Shown piece by piece: positions 36,437-49,780 of a stretch of DNA of 64,000 nucleotides. The notes beneath the pieces were generated by a model that did not search any database, was not told the DNA's origin, and was given only the letters and a program-made list of their open reading frames with translations. The translations under genes and the position numbers were made by a program. This DNA is from Octopus sinensis (Eukaryota): positions 12,958,001 to 13,022,000 of the forward strand of contig NC_043005.1 of the NCBI RefSeq assembly GCF_006345805.1. Reading direction: 5' to 3'. Positions within the stretch are counted from its first letter, which is position 1. Every line of letters begins with the position of its first letter.

Positions 36437-37139
36437 AGAGGCATGACTGACATTTTTGGCAGTAAAACTTTGTTTGATGGGTTACATTAAAAATAAAACA
36501 ACATCGATAGAACGTTTGTGCTTAAGTTTATTTGTATTAAGACAAAAAAAATTTTTTATTGAAGACTCTAAACTGCGAACAAACACATAATCAGACAAAC
36601 TCTCTCCTATGATAAATTATTCACTTTCTCGCCAGTTTAATGGGAATAAATAAATTCGAGCTAGTCCAATTTGTCACTGAACACACCATAAAACAAATAT
36701 TCATCGTCCCAGCAGGCGGAGTTTGATGCAACGCAGAGCTTGAAATACCTGGAAGCTATTATTTATGAAATAGCTTCATTGGAAAAGCTGCACTAAAATC
36801 GATGGCATTATTTTACATTCTCGATAGTTTAGAATATTACGACTACCAGACAGAGATCATAAGTTTTATGTGTACACTACCTTTCCACGAATTCATATAA
36901 AATTGCATTTTCTATTGTGATCAATCAGGACTAAAACCTGGATATTCAATACTTACTGAATATCTTCGATTTTAAATATTGATCCTCGCAAAAGTGTAGA
37001 TATTGGTTACTCAAACAGATTGTACCGCTTAAGTCATTAAGTTTATTTGGACCGCTTACGTCTTTCATTCAATATTCCTCTCCAGCGGTACAATCAATGT
37101 TTCATAATTATCTCGATTTTGTGCAGGCGTGACTATATA

Positions 37140-37562
37140 GGGATCTTTTCGGTTTGAACGGCAGTTTTTCTAGCGGTGTCATATGAAATTGTCACCTATA
37201 ATTATGACCCTAGTATCGATCTATTGCATTTCAATCTGTTTTAGGTTTAGGGTTAGGGGTGGGGGAAGGGTATCTTTTTTTCTTCAGAAATGTAAATAAA
37301 CCCAATCTGTTTCTTAAACGAGGGACATATTCATACGGCACAGGATGTTTTTTTTTACCTCAATAGACGTCAGTGATTGGCTGAAATTGCAGAAATTGAA
37401 GAAAAAAAACCCAACAAATATCTTACAAACAATAGAATTTTCTCAATAAAGCCAAGAGAAAAAGATGTTTTATAAACACATTCTACCAGTAACGAAGTTT
37501 AAAAGTGTTTAGTTACGTGGAAATTATTTTAAAAAACTGCCGTTCAAAAACGAAAATATCCC
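37140..37562. mobile_element. MITE with ~30-bp TIRs (gggatcttttcggtttgaacggcagttttt), inserted in an old SINE B head
   Basis: Inverted ends, tatata on both flanks, second copy at 43607-44027. Confidence 0.88.
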
Positions 37563-37959
37563 TATATAGTTAAGAGGTTTTGCTTCTTATCCAGGAGGTT
37601 GTGAGTTCAGTTCCACTATGTGGCACTTTGATAGCTTTGGTTCGACACATGCTTTGTGAGTAAAAATGTTGATGGGAATTGTAAGAAGCTACTGTGGACG
37701 TATGAGTGTGTGCATGTACACACGTGCGTGTGTGTAAGCGTATGTGTAACCGTAACTTAGCAGTTCAACATATAGATATTTTTCTAAAAAGCTGGACTTA
37801 AAAATACCTACTGGAGTCGATCTAATCAACTACAACCTTGGCGGCGTGCCCATTACTGTTGCAGTCCCGACGTATGCGCATACATACGTAATATAATAAT
37901 AATGATATGTATGCACGTATAGTGAGTGGATGTGTGTACATATGCATGAAGGTACAAAT

Positions 37960-38683
37960 AGGAGTCTAGGACATTTAACCCCCGCCCCATAGACAATAAC
38001 CCCCAAGGACAACAGATGATGATTTGAAACTTCTTAATATATTGGGTTGTCCGGAAAGTTCGTGCCGATTTATAGTAACTTACCTTTCGATTTATTTTAG
38101 AACATGGTTGAGTCCATAAAATATGATTTGACTACACCTCCATTTAGAGCACAGTTTGTGGAAGAAGGTTTATGTTCCTATAATCTGTGTTAATTCTGTA
38201 ACCCTTTAAAATGGAAGATAAGAAAGTTCATTTTCGGCACTTGGTGCTTTGGGAATCAAACAAAAATTGTTGCAGTTCGGCAGGAATGTGTTACCCCACC
38301 CTCCATATTCACCAGATATTGCTCCTTCGGATTTCCACTTATTCAGGTCTCTACAGAATAGTCTTAATGGTAACAATTTCAATTTCTTGCCATGAAACCA
38401 CCTCATTTCTAGGAAGTGGGTATTTTCAAGTTAAAGGAAAGATGGAGACGCATTGCGCAACAAAATGGTTCATATTTATTTGATTGAAAATGTAATGGCA
38501 AGAATTTATTGATCTTTTTCTTTCCTTTAAAAATCGGCACGAACTTTCCGGACAACCCAATATTAGAGAGGGAGTAATTAGCCAAGGGGTAATTGTCCTA
38601 GGGGGTAGTTGTCGTGGGGGTGGGGGGTGGGGGGAATTGTCGTATGGGGAGTAATTGTCCTCGGGGGTAATTGTCCTGATACG
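37960..38683. mobile_element. Putative MITE with repeated ggacaatt(a)ccccc motifs, hosting a mariner
   Basis: Motifs at 37968-38015 are inverted relative to about five copies at 38585-38677. Confidence 0.5.
38042..38560 (+). mobile_element. Internally deleted mariner element
   Basis: TIR ttgggttgtccggaaagttcgtgccgattt at both ends, TA TSD; remnants MEDKKVHFRHLVLWE and LPHPPYSPDIAPSDFHLFRSLQN. Confidence 0.93.
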
Positions 38684-38823
38684 ATAAATAGATAACTGTG
38701 AGAGGCAGATATCAAGTCAACTGGAGCAGCATGCTGGCACGCATGAATGGATGAAATTTAAGAAATTAAAAGCCAAAAAAGTCATTTGGTAGGACAGGAT
38801 GACAGCAGCAAATGTGTATGTGT

Positions 38824-38854
<31 letters not shown>

Positions 38855-39456
38855 AAAAATATAACACGACAAGCTTCCCCTCACCATATAAAACGCCACA
38901 CTCAGCACGGCCTCAACACCAGTTAGATGTTATGTGAATGCCTATACACCTACACTCTGTAGACAATAAGTATTTAAGCAATAAGAACATGGAGTTCATT
39001 CTACTATGAAGGAAATGCATGAGGGACGTATTATCATCGATAAAATCACAGGCAGCGACGAAAGAACTTTGAGAAATCAATTAATTAGTGAAGTGATTTA
39101 AATAACTAATTATGTAATTAAGTGATAATAAAAATGAAGGTAAATAAAACCAGTGCGTGTACTTTATTCATCACATGAACCGCCCAATGTGAAACAATAT
39201 CTGTTTTCACATCTTGCAAAGCAAATACAAAATCCGATTGTAAGTGTGTAAATTCGTATACGAGTATGTATGTATGTATGTATGTATGTATGTATGTATG
39301 TATGTATGTATGTATGTTTGTATGTACGTACGTATGTATGTATGTGCATTTATATACACATGCGTATACGCACATATATATATTCATCTATGTATATATA
39401 TATATAAATATATATATATACATATATATATACATATATATACATATATATAAATA

Positions 39457-39495
<39 letters not shown>

Positions 39496-39817
39496 AATTT
39501 GCTTCCAGGTAGGAGGTATTCAAAAGTGTTATTCAGCAGTTAAGATATAAATCCAATAAAGTTCTTATAGGATTAGAAATTAGAGGAATATTCTGTTGGA
39601 TTATTCTGAATATATTTCCTTAACCAGATAGGTTTCCTGGAGTATAAATATTGACAATGTAAAAACAAGGATTACTCCGAAGTAACAATAATATTACCTT
39701 TAATTCGATAATTAGATACGGCCTTTTAAAACCAACACGTTTCAATTGCACATGCACACATCCACTCATACATACGTACAAATAGTTTACAAAACATATA
39801 TTATTTTCGGCGCCTTA

Positions 39818-40490
39818 TATTCTTTTCTATTCTAGGCACAAGGCCTGAAATTTTGGGGGAGGGGCCAGTCGATTAGATAGACGCAGTATGCAAATGGTAC
39901 TTAATTTATCGACTCCGAAAGGATGAAAGGTAAAGTCGACCTCGGCGGAATTTGAACTCAGAACATAGTGGCAGACGAAATACCTATTTCTTTACTACCC
40001 ACAAGGGGCCAAACACAGAGAGGACAAACAAGGACAGACACACAGAGTAAGTTGATTATATCGACCCCAGTGCGTAACTGGTACTTATTTAATCGACCCC
40101 GAAAGGATGAAAGGCAAAGTCGACCTCGGCGGAATTTGAACTCAGAACGTAGTGGCAGACGAAATACCTATTTCTTTACTACCCACAAGGGGTCAAACAC
40201 AGAGAGGAAAAACAAGGACAGACACACAGAGTAAGTCGATTATATCGACCCCAGTGCGTAACTGGTACTTATTTAATCGACCCTGAAAGGATGAAAAGCA
40301 GTCAACCTCGGGGGAATTTGAACTCAGAACGTAACGGCAGACGAAATACGCTACGCATTTCGCCCGGCGTACTAACGCTTCTGCCAGCTCGCCGCCCTCG
40401 GAATTTGAACTCAGAACGTAACGGCAGACGAAATACGGCTACGCATTTCGCCCGGCGTGCTAACGTTTCTGCCAGCTCGCCGCCTTAATA
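39818..40490 (-). mobile_element. SINE A trimer (head-A2 | body-A2 | body-A1) plus an extra head fragment
   Basis: ~184-bp units joined at gacgaaatac|ctatttc (~39984, ~40168). Confidence 0.9.
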
Positions 40491-40507
40491 AACATATATT
40501 ACTACTG

Positions 40508-40872
40508 TACTCCGTCGGTTACGACGGCGAAAGCTCCAGTAGATACTGTCAAAGGAACAGCTTGCTCGTGACATTAACGTGCAAGTGGCTGAGCATTCCA
40601 CAGACACGTGTACCCTTAACATATTTCTCGGGGAGATTCAGCGTGACAGAGTGTAACAAGGTTGGCCCTTTGAAATACAAGTAGAACAGAAACAGGAAAA
40701 AAAGAGAGCGAAAGAGTACAGCAGGGTTCACCACCACCCCTTGCCAGAGCTTCGTGGAGCTTTAAGTGTCTTCGCTCAATAAACATTCACCACACTCGGT
40801 CTGGGAATCGAAACCGCAATCCTATGACTGCGAGTCCGCTGCCCTACCCACTGGGCCATTGTGCCTCCGCAT
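40508..40872 (-). mobile_element. SINE C, tail type C2
   Basis: Reverse complement of 52430-52810. Confidence 0.88.
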
Positions 40873-40902
40873 AACCATATTTGCATGTATGGATATATAT
40901 CA

Positions 40903-41132
40903 GGCGGCGTGCTGGCAGAAACGTTAGTACGCCGGGCGAAATGCGTAGCCGTATTTCGTCTGCCGTTACGTTCTGAGTTCAAATTCCGCCGAGGTCAACT
41001 TTGCCTTTCATCCTTTCGCGGTCGATAAATTAAGTACCAGTTACTCACTGGGGTCGATGTAATCGACTTAATCCGTTTGTTTGTCCTTTTTTGTCCTCTC
41101 TGTGTTTAGCCCCTTGTGGGTAGTAAAGAAAT
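40903..41132 (+). mobile_element. SINE A2
   Basis: Full head and A2 tail. Confidence 0.9.
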
Positions 41133-41984
41133 ATGTATGGATATATACATACATACACACACAGACGCACACACACACATACATACATACATACATACAT
41201 ACATACATACATACATACATGCATACATGCATGCATGCATGCATATTCCTTAATGCTCGCTTGCAAATACAAAACCATATAGATGCATAATAATGCACTT
41301 CATTTGGCGATGGAGTGTATTATAGTATTATATTCGTATATTTGTTAACTATTTACCAAATGAAAGAACAGCTCGGGGTGGGGTGGTATGTGTATGTGAA
41401 TACGTGCGCGCGCATGTGTCGGTGCGCACGCACTTACGTTTACAGCGCCCTGGACTATACTTTTTTCTATGCATTCTATCGGACGCTATACATTCAAACC
41501 TTTTGCCATTTATGAGAACGCTAATATTCATAAAGATTTCTTCCATATTCTTCCAATTATATTCAGAGTCGGATATAGAAAACCATCCGTTTTAGCCTTA
41601 AGGTTTTTCTCATAGAATCATCAGCTATCGATTGAATGTTGTTAGTTTTGTACTTGCAACGAACAACATGATTATCCGTGAAAACTGTAGCAAATATCAC
41701 GATGAATCATTTGCCATTGGCTGTCGCATGCTTTTCTGAAGAAGTGTTGGAAAGCGGCCATGTTGGCAATACAGAGACGAGACGAAAATCTTTCGTTGCA
41801 AATACATCAAAGTCAAGCCGTCTTTAAACTCTGCTATCATGTTTTCGCAACAGACAAGTCTCGTGTTTAATTTTCACTTTTTGTTGTTGCTTTTCAAGGT
41901 TTTATATCTGCTGAAAAATCTTTCTTTCATTTTATAAATGTGTCTGACTTCAGTCATATATGCTTACACCTATTGTGCGTTGTT

Positions 41985-42106
41985 TTTTCTTTCTTCTTTT
42001 CTTTCTCTCTCTTTTCCTTATTCCTTCTCTCTCTCCCTTTGTCTCTCTCTCTCTCTCTCTGACACACACACTGTCTCTCTCTGTGATGCACACATTCTCT
42101 CTCACA

Positions 42107-42137
<31 letters not shown>

Positions 42138-42709
42138 ACACACACACACTCTCTCTCTAACACATACGCGCTCTCTCTCTCTCTCTCTGACACACTGTCT
42201 CTCTAACACACAGACTCTCTCTCTCACTCACCCTATCTGTCTGTAACACCTGTACTTTTTTCTTTTCTTGTTTCTTTCCATCACTTTCTCTTATTTCTTC
42301 TCTCTCTCCCTCTCTGACACGCATACTCTCTCTCTCTCTCTCTCTCTCACGCTCACATACACACACTCTCTTTCTCTCTCGCTCTCACTTACACACTCTC
42401 TCTCACTCTGTCTGTAACACACGTACTTTTTTCTTTTCTTGCTTTCTTTCCCTCTCTTTCTCTTATTCCTTCTCACTCTCTCTGACACATACTCTCTCTA
42501 TCTCTCTGAACCCCCCTCTCTCTCTCTGACACACACACTGTCTCTCTAACACACAGACTCTCTCTCTCACTCACTCTCTTTCTGTGATATACATACTCTG
42601 TCTGTCTCTCTCTCTCTCTGATACACATACTCTCTCTCTCTTAATCACACATACACACACACACTCTTTCTCTGACACATACACACACACTCTCTTTCTT
42701 TGATATACA

Positions 42710-42743
<34 letters not shown>

Positions 42744-42890
42744 GACACATACACACACACTCTCTCTCTCTCACTCACTCTCTTTCTGTGATATACATAC
42801 TCTGTCTGTCTCTCTCTCTCTCTCACATACACTCTTTCTTACTCACATACACTCTATCTGTCCGTCTCTCTCTCTCTCTCTCTGAACAAT
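41985..42890. repeat. Compound (CT)/(CA) low-complexity array with higher-order blocks
   Basis: ctgtctgtaacac..tacttttttcttttctt recurs. Confidence 0.9.
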
Positions 42891-43372
42891 GTGAGACTAA
42901 TCCTGGTTTTTATATTATTTTATTTTTAGTAGGTTTTCCGAATTGCAATTATATTTCGTTCTCAAAGAAGTTAACTTCTCTCCATTCGTGAGTAAATAAC
43001 TGTTTCCCAATTTAGACACAAGACCAGTAATTTTGAACGGTATTGTCAATTAGAAAAACCCCAGTTCTTGACTGGTATCTTATTTCATCGACTCTGAAAG
43101 ATTAAAAGGCGAACTTGTCCTCGACGGAGTTCGAACTCACAAAGTAAAACAACAGTAAGAAATACTGCAACGCATCTGTTCCGACGCTCTATCGTTTCTG
43201 CCATCTCACTGCCTTTCGAGAATTGATTGATAAAGAACCTATCATGTTATTCTATCAATTAAATAGATGATACATATTAGATTCAAATTTTGGCACAAGA
43301 CCAGCGGGTTCGGGGTGGGGATGGAGGTAGGAGCAAATCGATTAGATCGATCCCGGTGCTCAACTGGTATTT

Positions 43373-43595
43373 AGGATCCTTTACCTTTTGACCTACAGGT
43401 TTAAAAAATTATTTTTTTGTAACTAAACACTTCCAAACTTCGGACTCTGGTAGAATGTGTCATAGAAAACATCTTTTACTCTTAGCATTTTTGAGAAAAA
43501 CTTACATTTACGAAGTTATTTCACGTTAAAGTTCTCGTATTTCGGTAATTTCAACCAATCACTGACGTGTCCGAGGGAAATTTTGTCCTGATCCC
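43373..43595. mobile_element. Short MITE related to the gggatc MITE, opposite orientation
   Basis: ggatcc...gatccc ends; internal gtaactaaacact..ggtagaatgtgt and caaccaatcactgacgt are reverse complements of motifs in the neighbouring MITE. Confidence 0.6.
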
Positions 43596-43606
43596 ATAAA
43601 TTAATT

Positions 43607-44027
43607 GGGATCTTTTCGGTTTGAACGGCAGTTTTTTCTAGCGGTGTCATATGCAATTGTCACCCATAATTATGACCCTAGAATCGATCTATTGCATTTC
43701 AATCTGTTTTAGGGTTAGAGTTAGGGGTGGGGGGAAGGGTATCTTTTTTTCTTCACAAATGTAAATAAACCCAATCTGTTTCTTAAACGAGGGACATATT
43801 CATACGGCACAGGATGTTTTTTTTACCTCAATGGACGCCATTGATTGGTTGAAATTGCAGTAATTGAAGAAAAAAAACAACAAATATCTTACAAACTGTA
43901 GAATTTTCTCAATAAAGCCAAGAGAAAAAGATGTTTTATAAACACATTCTACCAGTATACGAAGTTTTAAATTTTTTAGTTACCTAGAAATTATGTTAAA
44001 AATTGCCAGTCAAACCGAAAAGATCCC
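43607..44027. mobile_element. Second copy of the gggatc-TIR MITE
   Basis: High similarity to 37140-37562. Confidence 0.88.
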
Positions 44028-44444
44028 TTTTTTTAATGCCTATTACGATACCATATTTAAAAATTTTTTTTAATACATGTTTTATCTATATCCCACTATT
44101 ATTTTTATATATGTTCTATTATTAGTATGTTTATGTATCTATATACCTTTATGTCCATGTATATTTTTAGTATTCATATATTTTCATATTTTTATTTATT
44201 TTTTATATCTCTGATGTATCGATATATGTTACATTTTGGACAATCCTGATATCTCTACCTCCATAGGCATGCACACATGTATATCATGACTCATACCCTG
44301 TTTACTTGCCTGACTTTTTTTTTTACATAATTCTATGTACTGTACATGCACCTTTGATGAGTTGTAGTGCACCATACGTCCGCGATGTATGGTAAATACC
44401 GCCAAATTGTATTCGTAAATATAGATTACTTTTTTTACTGTACT

Positions 44445-44850
44445 CTCTCTTTCTCTTTTCTCTTTTACTTGTTTCAGTCATTTGACTGCGGCCATGCTGG
44501 AGCACCGCCTTAAATCGACCAACTCGACCCCGGGACTTATTCTTTGTAAGCCCAGTACTTATTCTACCGGTCTCTTTTGCCGAACCGCTAAGTGACGGGG
44601 ACATAAACACACCAGCATCGGTTGTCAAGCAATGCTAGGGGGACAAGCACAGACACACAAACAAACACACACACATATATATATATACATATATACGACG
44701 GGCTTCTTTCAGTTTCCATCTACCAAATCCACTCACAAGGCTTTGGTAGGCCCGAGGCTATAGTAGAAGACACTTGCCCAAGTTGCCACGCAGTGGGACT
44801 GAACCCGGAACCATGTGGTTGGTAAGCAAGCTACTTACCACACAGCCACT
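44445..44850 (-). mobile_element. SINE B
   Basis: Reverse complement of the B consensus. Confidence 0.9.
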
Positions 44851-45104
44851 ATAAACATTATTTGTTTGTAGGTGTAAAACAGGTTTTTATTAACCATGTA
44901 CTATTAACCAAAATAAAGTACAGAACTGGGAATGGTTATTATCGGTTTAGCCTAGAGACAAACTAATTCGACTTAAGTCGTGTCTCCTGAACCAATTAAC
45001 GACGTAGGGTGAGTTACGCCTGTAATAATTTACTAAAAGTCAAGAGATACTCTTTTGTAAATAGTGACCCGATTTTGCTAATTGCTATTAATAACAACAC
45101 AGTA

Positions 45105-45671
45105 GTGAAGGCGCATGGCTCAGTGGTTAGAGCGTCGAACTTACGACCGTGAGGTTGGGAGTTCGGATCCCGGATCGGGCAGTGTGTTGTGTTCTTGAGC
45201 AAGACACTTTATTTGACGTTGCTCCAGTTTACTCACATGTAGAAATGAGTAGCGTCGTCACTGGTGCCAAGCAGTATCGGCCTTTGGCGGCGAGCTGGCA
45301 GAATCGTTAGCACGCCGGGCGAAATGCTAAGCGATATTTCGTCTGCCGTTACGTTCTGAGTTCAAATTCCGCTGAGGTCAACTTTGCCTTTCATCTTTTC
45401 GGGGTCGATTAGATAAGTGCCAGTTACGCACTGGGGTCGATATAATCAACTTAATCCGTTTGTCTGTCCTTGTTTGTCCCCTCTGTGTGTAGCTCCTTGT
45501 GGGCTGTAAAGAAATAGGTTTTCCCTTGGATAACATCGGTGGCGTTGAGAAGGGAGGCCGGTATGCATGTGCGGCAGCTGGTCTTCCATAAACAACCTTG
45601 CCCGGACTTGTGCCTCGGAGTGTTACATTCTAGGTGCAATCCCATGGTCAGTCATGACCGAAGGGGGTCTC
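45105..45671 (+). mobile_element. tRNA-derived SINE family D with SINE A2 nested at 45286-45517
   Basis: A-box tggctcagtgg, B-box gttcggatccc, tcttgagcaagacacttt CORE-like motif; presumed D tail resumes after gaaatag. Confidence 0.75.
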
Positions 45672-46359
45672 CCACAGATCTCTCATTAATGCTAGTCAAG
45701 TGTAGGTAGTTTTGTGACAGGTGATTCTAAAAATGAAATAATCTTTACTTGACACAAGAATAAAAAGTGAAGTTGTTTCTACTCATCGCATTTCCAGCTA
45801 TCCTGGTTAGCGTAGTTACAGTTACTAACATCTCTACTTACGTATGTATGTAAGTATGCATGTACATATGTATGCATGCATGCAATATATGTATATATAT
45901 ATATATGCATGCATGCATGCATGCATGTATGCATGTATGTATGTATGTATGTTTGTATGTATGTATGTATGTATGTATGTATGTATGTATGTATGCATGC
46001 ATGTATGTATGTATGCATGTATGTATGTATGTCGTTAATCAGTTTATTTCAAGATTTCTTGCCAATACAGAAAGAACCGGTTTCTAACCTAGATCCAAGG
46101 TTCCTTCATTGGAATTTCAACATCAACAACAGGGTATTGTTTTATGCATGTACGTATACGTACAGATGTGTATATTTTGTTTTATGTATGTCTTCTCATG
46201 CATATACTTGCATATCTAGACCTGATCATATATAGTTGAATGATAAACTTCTGGAAAGTTTTACAGACTTTTACAGTTCCAATGATGGTTTGGATCTGTC
46301 GTCTTCGAATCGGCTTTCTCCTTTCTGGTTTTGAGAATCCTAGTCTATCATGATTGGTA

Positions 46360-46813
46360 TTTAAGCAGTGTGTAAAAGGAAACGCTTGCTAATGAAACCT
46401 TACAAGTTGCAGCTCGTTCAGGCCATAACGGCAGATGATAAGCGAAAGCGCATACAATTCTGTGTTGATATGCAAGAGAATCTTGAAGAAACCGAGTTCC
46501 CCTCTTCCTGCAAACCTAGAGTAACCCGAGTAGAGAATCACTACCGCACTGGATACTGTTACCCAAGACATGCTGCAGCGTGTTTGGGAAGAGCTGGACT
46601 ATCGACTTGACGTGTGCCGTGTCTCAGGCGATGCGCATATTGAACATTTGTAAAATCGTTCAAGGAATCCACATGTCTTTGAGTTTCTCATTCAAATCTG
46701 AAAGAATAAATCTTATGTTGCTCAACATTAAGCCCGTTTAGTTTCATTTGCTTTGACTGTGAAGTTTCTGCGATATTTACATCCCAAATGACATCAATTG
46801 TTTGAAACACCCC
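46360..46813 (+). mobile_element. Tc1/mariner-superfamily transposase remnant with probable right TIR
   Basis: LLMKPYKLQLVQAITADDKRKRIQFC and VTQDMLQRVWEELDYRLDVCR..GAHIEHL*; ends gaaacaccc..ta. Confidence 0.72.
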
Positions 46814-46814
46814 A

Positions 46815-46882
<68 letters not shown>

Positions 46883-47397
46883 ATATGTAGATATCGATGG
46901 TGTCTGGGAGTGTGTAAGTCTTGAAAAAATTACAAAAATCGATTCCAGGTGAGAATGCGATCGATAAAGCTGTGGGAACGTGCATTCGTACGCGCAAGTA
47001 CATAAGCTGTTATATAAAATCCGTTCTGTCTGTCGGAAATTATTTTGCCTTAACTTCGTTTCTTTCCTGCCAAGCTTACTATTTAAACCATGTTTGTGTT
47101 CTTCCAGTCAACAGCCTTATCATTACTGGTACTTTAAACTCTTCGGTTGCATATTTGTGCGAATAAAATAGTTTTTATTTGGAATAGAAAAAAGTCTATC
47201 TTTATTTCTTCTTTTGCTGGTGTATCAAATTTAGGTTAAACCAGTGTTTCTCAAAGGGGTGGCCTATGGGACGGTCGGACAAGTTGCTTTGAGAAAATTT
47301 GGTTTAAATGTTTGACAACTCAGCACCATCCATTGGACGGGGGGCGTTTTGCTCGTATATATATATATATATAATATATATATATATATGTATATAA

Positions 47398-47530
47398 ATT
47401 CAAATTTGCAGAAAACAAAAAAACGAAGACAGGTGAGGGAACAACAAATCAGTGTATTATTATGTTGACGCTCAGAAAAAAATGGAAAAGTCCTTGACGT
47501 TTCGAGCGTACGCCCTTCGTCGGAACGTCT
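47398..47530 (-). mobile_element. Element G second copy with degenerate hammerhead (47492-47527)
   Basis: Reverse complement reads CCGACGA-a-gggc(guac)gcuc-GAAAC-GUC. Confidence 0.55.
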
Positions 47531-47869
47531 TGATACTGGGATCATGCCAGGGCACCGGCTTGAAGGGTCTGGTTGTATAAATCGCCCCTAGTGCTTATTT
47601 TTTGAATTCTGGTACTTTTATCGGCCACACACATTCATATATACATACATACACACACATGTATATATATATATATGTATAACACCTGGTATAATTATAA
47701 ACGTGGTAAATTTTTGCTATTTCTCCGCAGACTGAAAAAAAAGTGATGAACACCCTTCATCGATTTTCGAACCTTATTGGCGTCTATATCATTCTGACAG
47801 TCTCCGCAGAAACAAACAGCCAAACTGTTTATATACTCAACAAATGCAGCAGTTACTCTGTGAAGAATT

Positions 47870-48222
47870 CTCTAATTTGCATACTTATTTTATCGGCCAC
47901 ACACACATACTCACACACAAACACACACATGAGCATACACATATACATACATACATACATACATACATACATGCATGCATGCATACATACATACATACAT
48001 ACATGCATGCATGCATACATACATACATACATACATACATACATACATACATACATACATACATACATACGACAATCTTTCAGTTTCCGTCCACCAAATC
48101 CACTCACAAGGTTTTGGTTGGTCTGAGGCTAAAGTAGAAGACATTTGTCGAAGGTGCCATGCAGTGGAACTGAACCCGGAACCATGTGAATGGGAAAGAA
48201 GGGTCTAGGCACACAGCCACAC
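47870..48222 (-). mobile_element. SINE B 5' half with expanded (TACA)n
   Basis: B head and core adjacent to a ~130-bp TACA array. Confidence 0.75.
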
Positions 48223-48396
48223 CAATACATATCATACACATACATATTTTATAAACCTAACAAGTGAGTGAGGAAGAGAGGATGAAAGGATAATAGCGAG
48301 ACAGCGCAGAAAGACGACAGATTTATATTGAAAGTCTTTGATAGAACATTTAGTTGTGCTTAAATCAAACGCCAATTCAGTATGTGCATTAAATAA

Positions 48397-48443
<47 letters not shown>

Positions 48444-49029
48444 GTAGTAGATATAAATAAAGTGTTGATATTCAGTGTAGTATTAAGAAAAAAACTGCAA
48501 TGAATACAGACTGACTGCAAAATAGTTCCAGGTTAGAATATGGAAATTTCTAAACGGAAGATTTGTCAAATTCTTTCTTCAAACGTCAAAGCAAAATACA
48601 TGGAATGTAACCGAAACTAAATAGTTTTTGTTGTGTCATAAACACAACACTTTTAACTCTTAAATTCCTTTGAAGTAATCTAGCAACGAAAATAACGAGT
48701 TAAAAGCTATGTTTATTGATGTTACATAAGTGAAATACCATTTCACATAAGCTTGACAAAAATTATAGGGCATTTCACAGCCATTCACAATTATTGTTGT
48801 TGTCGTTGTTGTTGTTGCTCACGTCGTCGGGGTTGTTATAGTTGCTGCTGTTGCTCTCGTCACTGTGACTTCTTTTTGTTTTTGTTTTTGTTGTTGCTGT
48901 TGTTTTGATCGTAGGTCATCAATGGTCGAGCAACCATATCGTATGTTCAAAGACTTTCTAGCCGTAGCCATCCCGTCTGTTTAATGTATCTCATGTCCTC
49001 TCTTCCTCGAAACTGACTGGTTTTGCACC

Positions 49030-49780
49030 ACTTCTACTCAGGCCCTCCCAATTCACGGGCGTTTTCTCTTCCTTCTCCTCTTCCTTGTCTTCCTTGTCTC
49101 CCTCTTCGTTTTCCTCTACTTCCTCTTCCTCCCCTCCACTTCCTCCTCTTTCTTCCCTCCACTTCTCCTCCCCTTTCTCTTCCTCCTCTTTCTTCCCTCA
49201 ACTTCCTCTTCCTCCTATTCTTCCTCCCCTCCACTTCTTCCTCTTCCCCTTCCTCCTCTTTCTCCCCTCCACTTCCTCTTCCCCTCCCCTCAACTTCCTC
49301 TTCCTCCTATTCTTCCTCCCCTCCACGCTCTCCTCCTTCTCCGCCACATCATCATCATTATAGCATCATCTACTTTCATCTCGCCCTCTTACACATCTCC
49401 TTCTCCTCTTTATCTTCCTCCTCCTTATCATCGCCTTCTTCCTCATCCCCTTCATATTCCTCATCATCATCGTCTTCCACTTCCTCCTTCTCCTCCTAAT
49501 CATCATCTTCCTTTCTCCTCCTCCTCCCAACCTGTTTTCCTCGCTCTCTTCTCTGCCCTCATCATCCTCCTCGTCTTCCACTTTCTTCTTCTCCTCATCA
49601 TCTTCTTCCTCCTTCACCTCCTCCTCCTCCTCCTCCCAACACGTCTTCCTCGTTCTGCTCTTCCTCGCCGCCTTCACCTCCTTCCTTCACCTTCACCTCC
49701 TCCTCAACCTCGTCTTTTCTCGCCCCCACCTCGTCCTTCACCACCACATCCTCACACATCCCCCCCCCCTTATATTGTAT
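49030..49780. repeat. Pyrimidine-rich (CCT/CTT) low-complexity tract
   Basis: Direct reading. Confidence 0.9.

Noticed and set aside
36715-36810. LKYLEAIIYE resembling a P450 K-helix
   Set aside because: No ExxR motif, short frame and no supporting exons.
41590-41630. Minus-strand CTGATGA...GAAA
   Set aside because: Stems II and III do not pair convincingly.
47241-47260. cagtgtttctcaaa hAT-like terminus
   Set aside because: No matching opposite TIR or TSD found.
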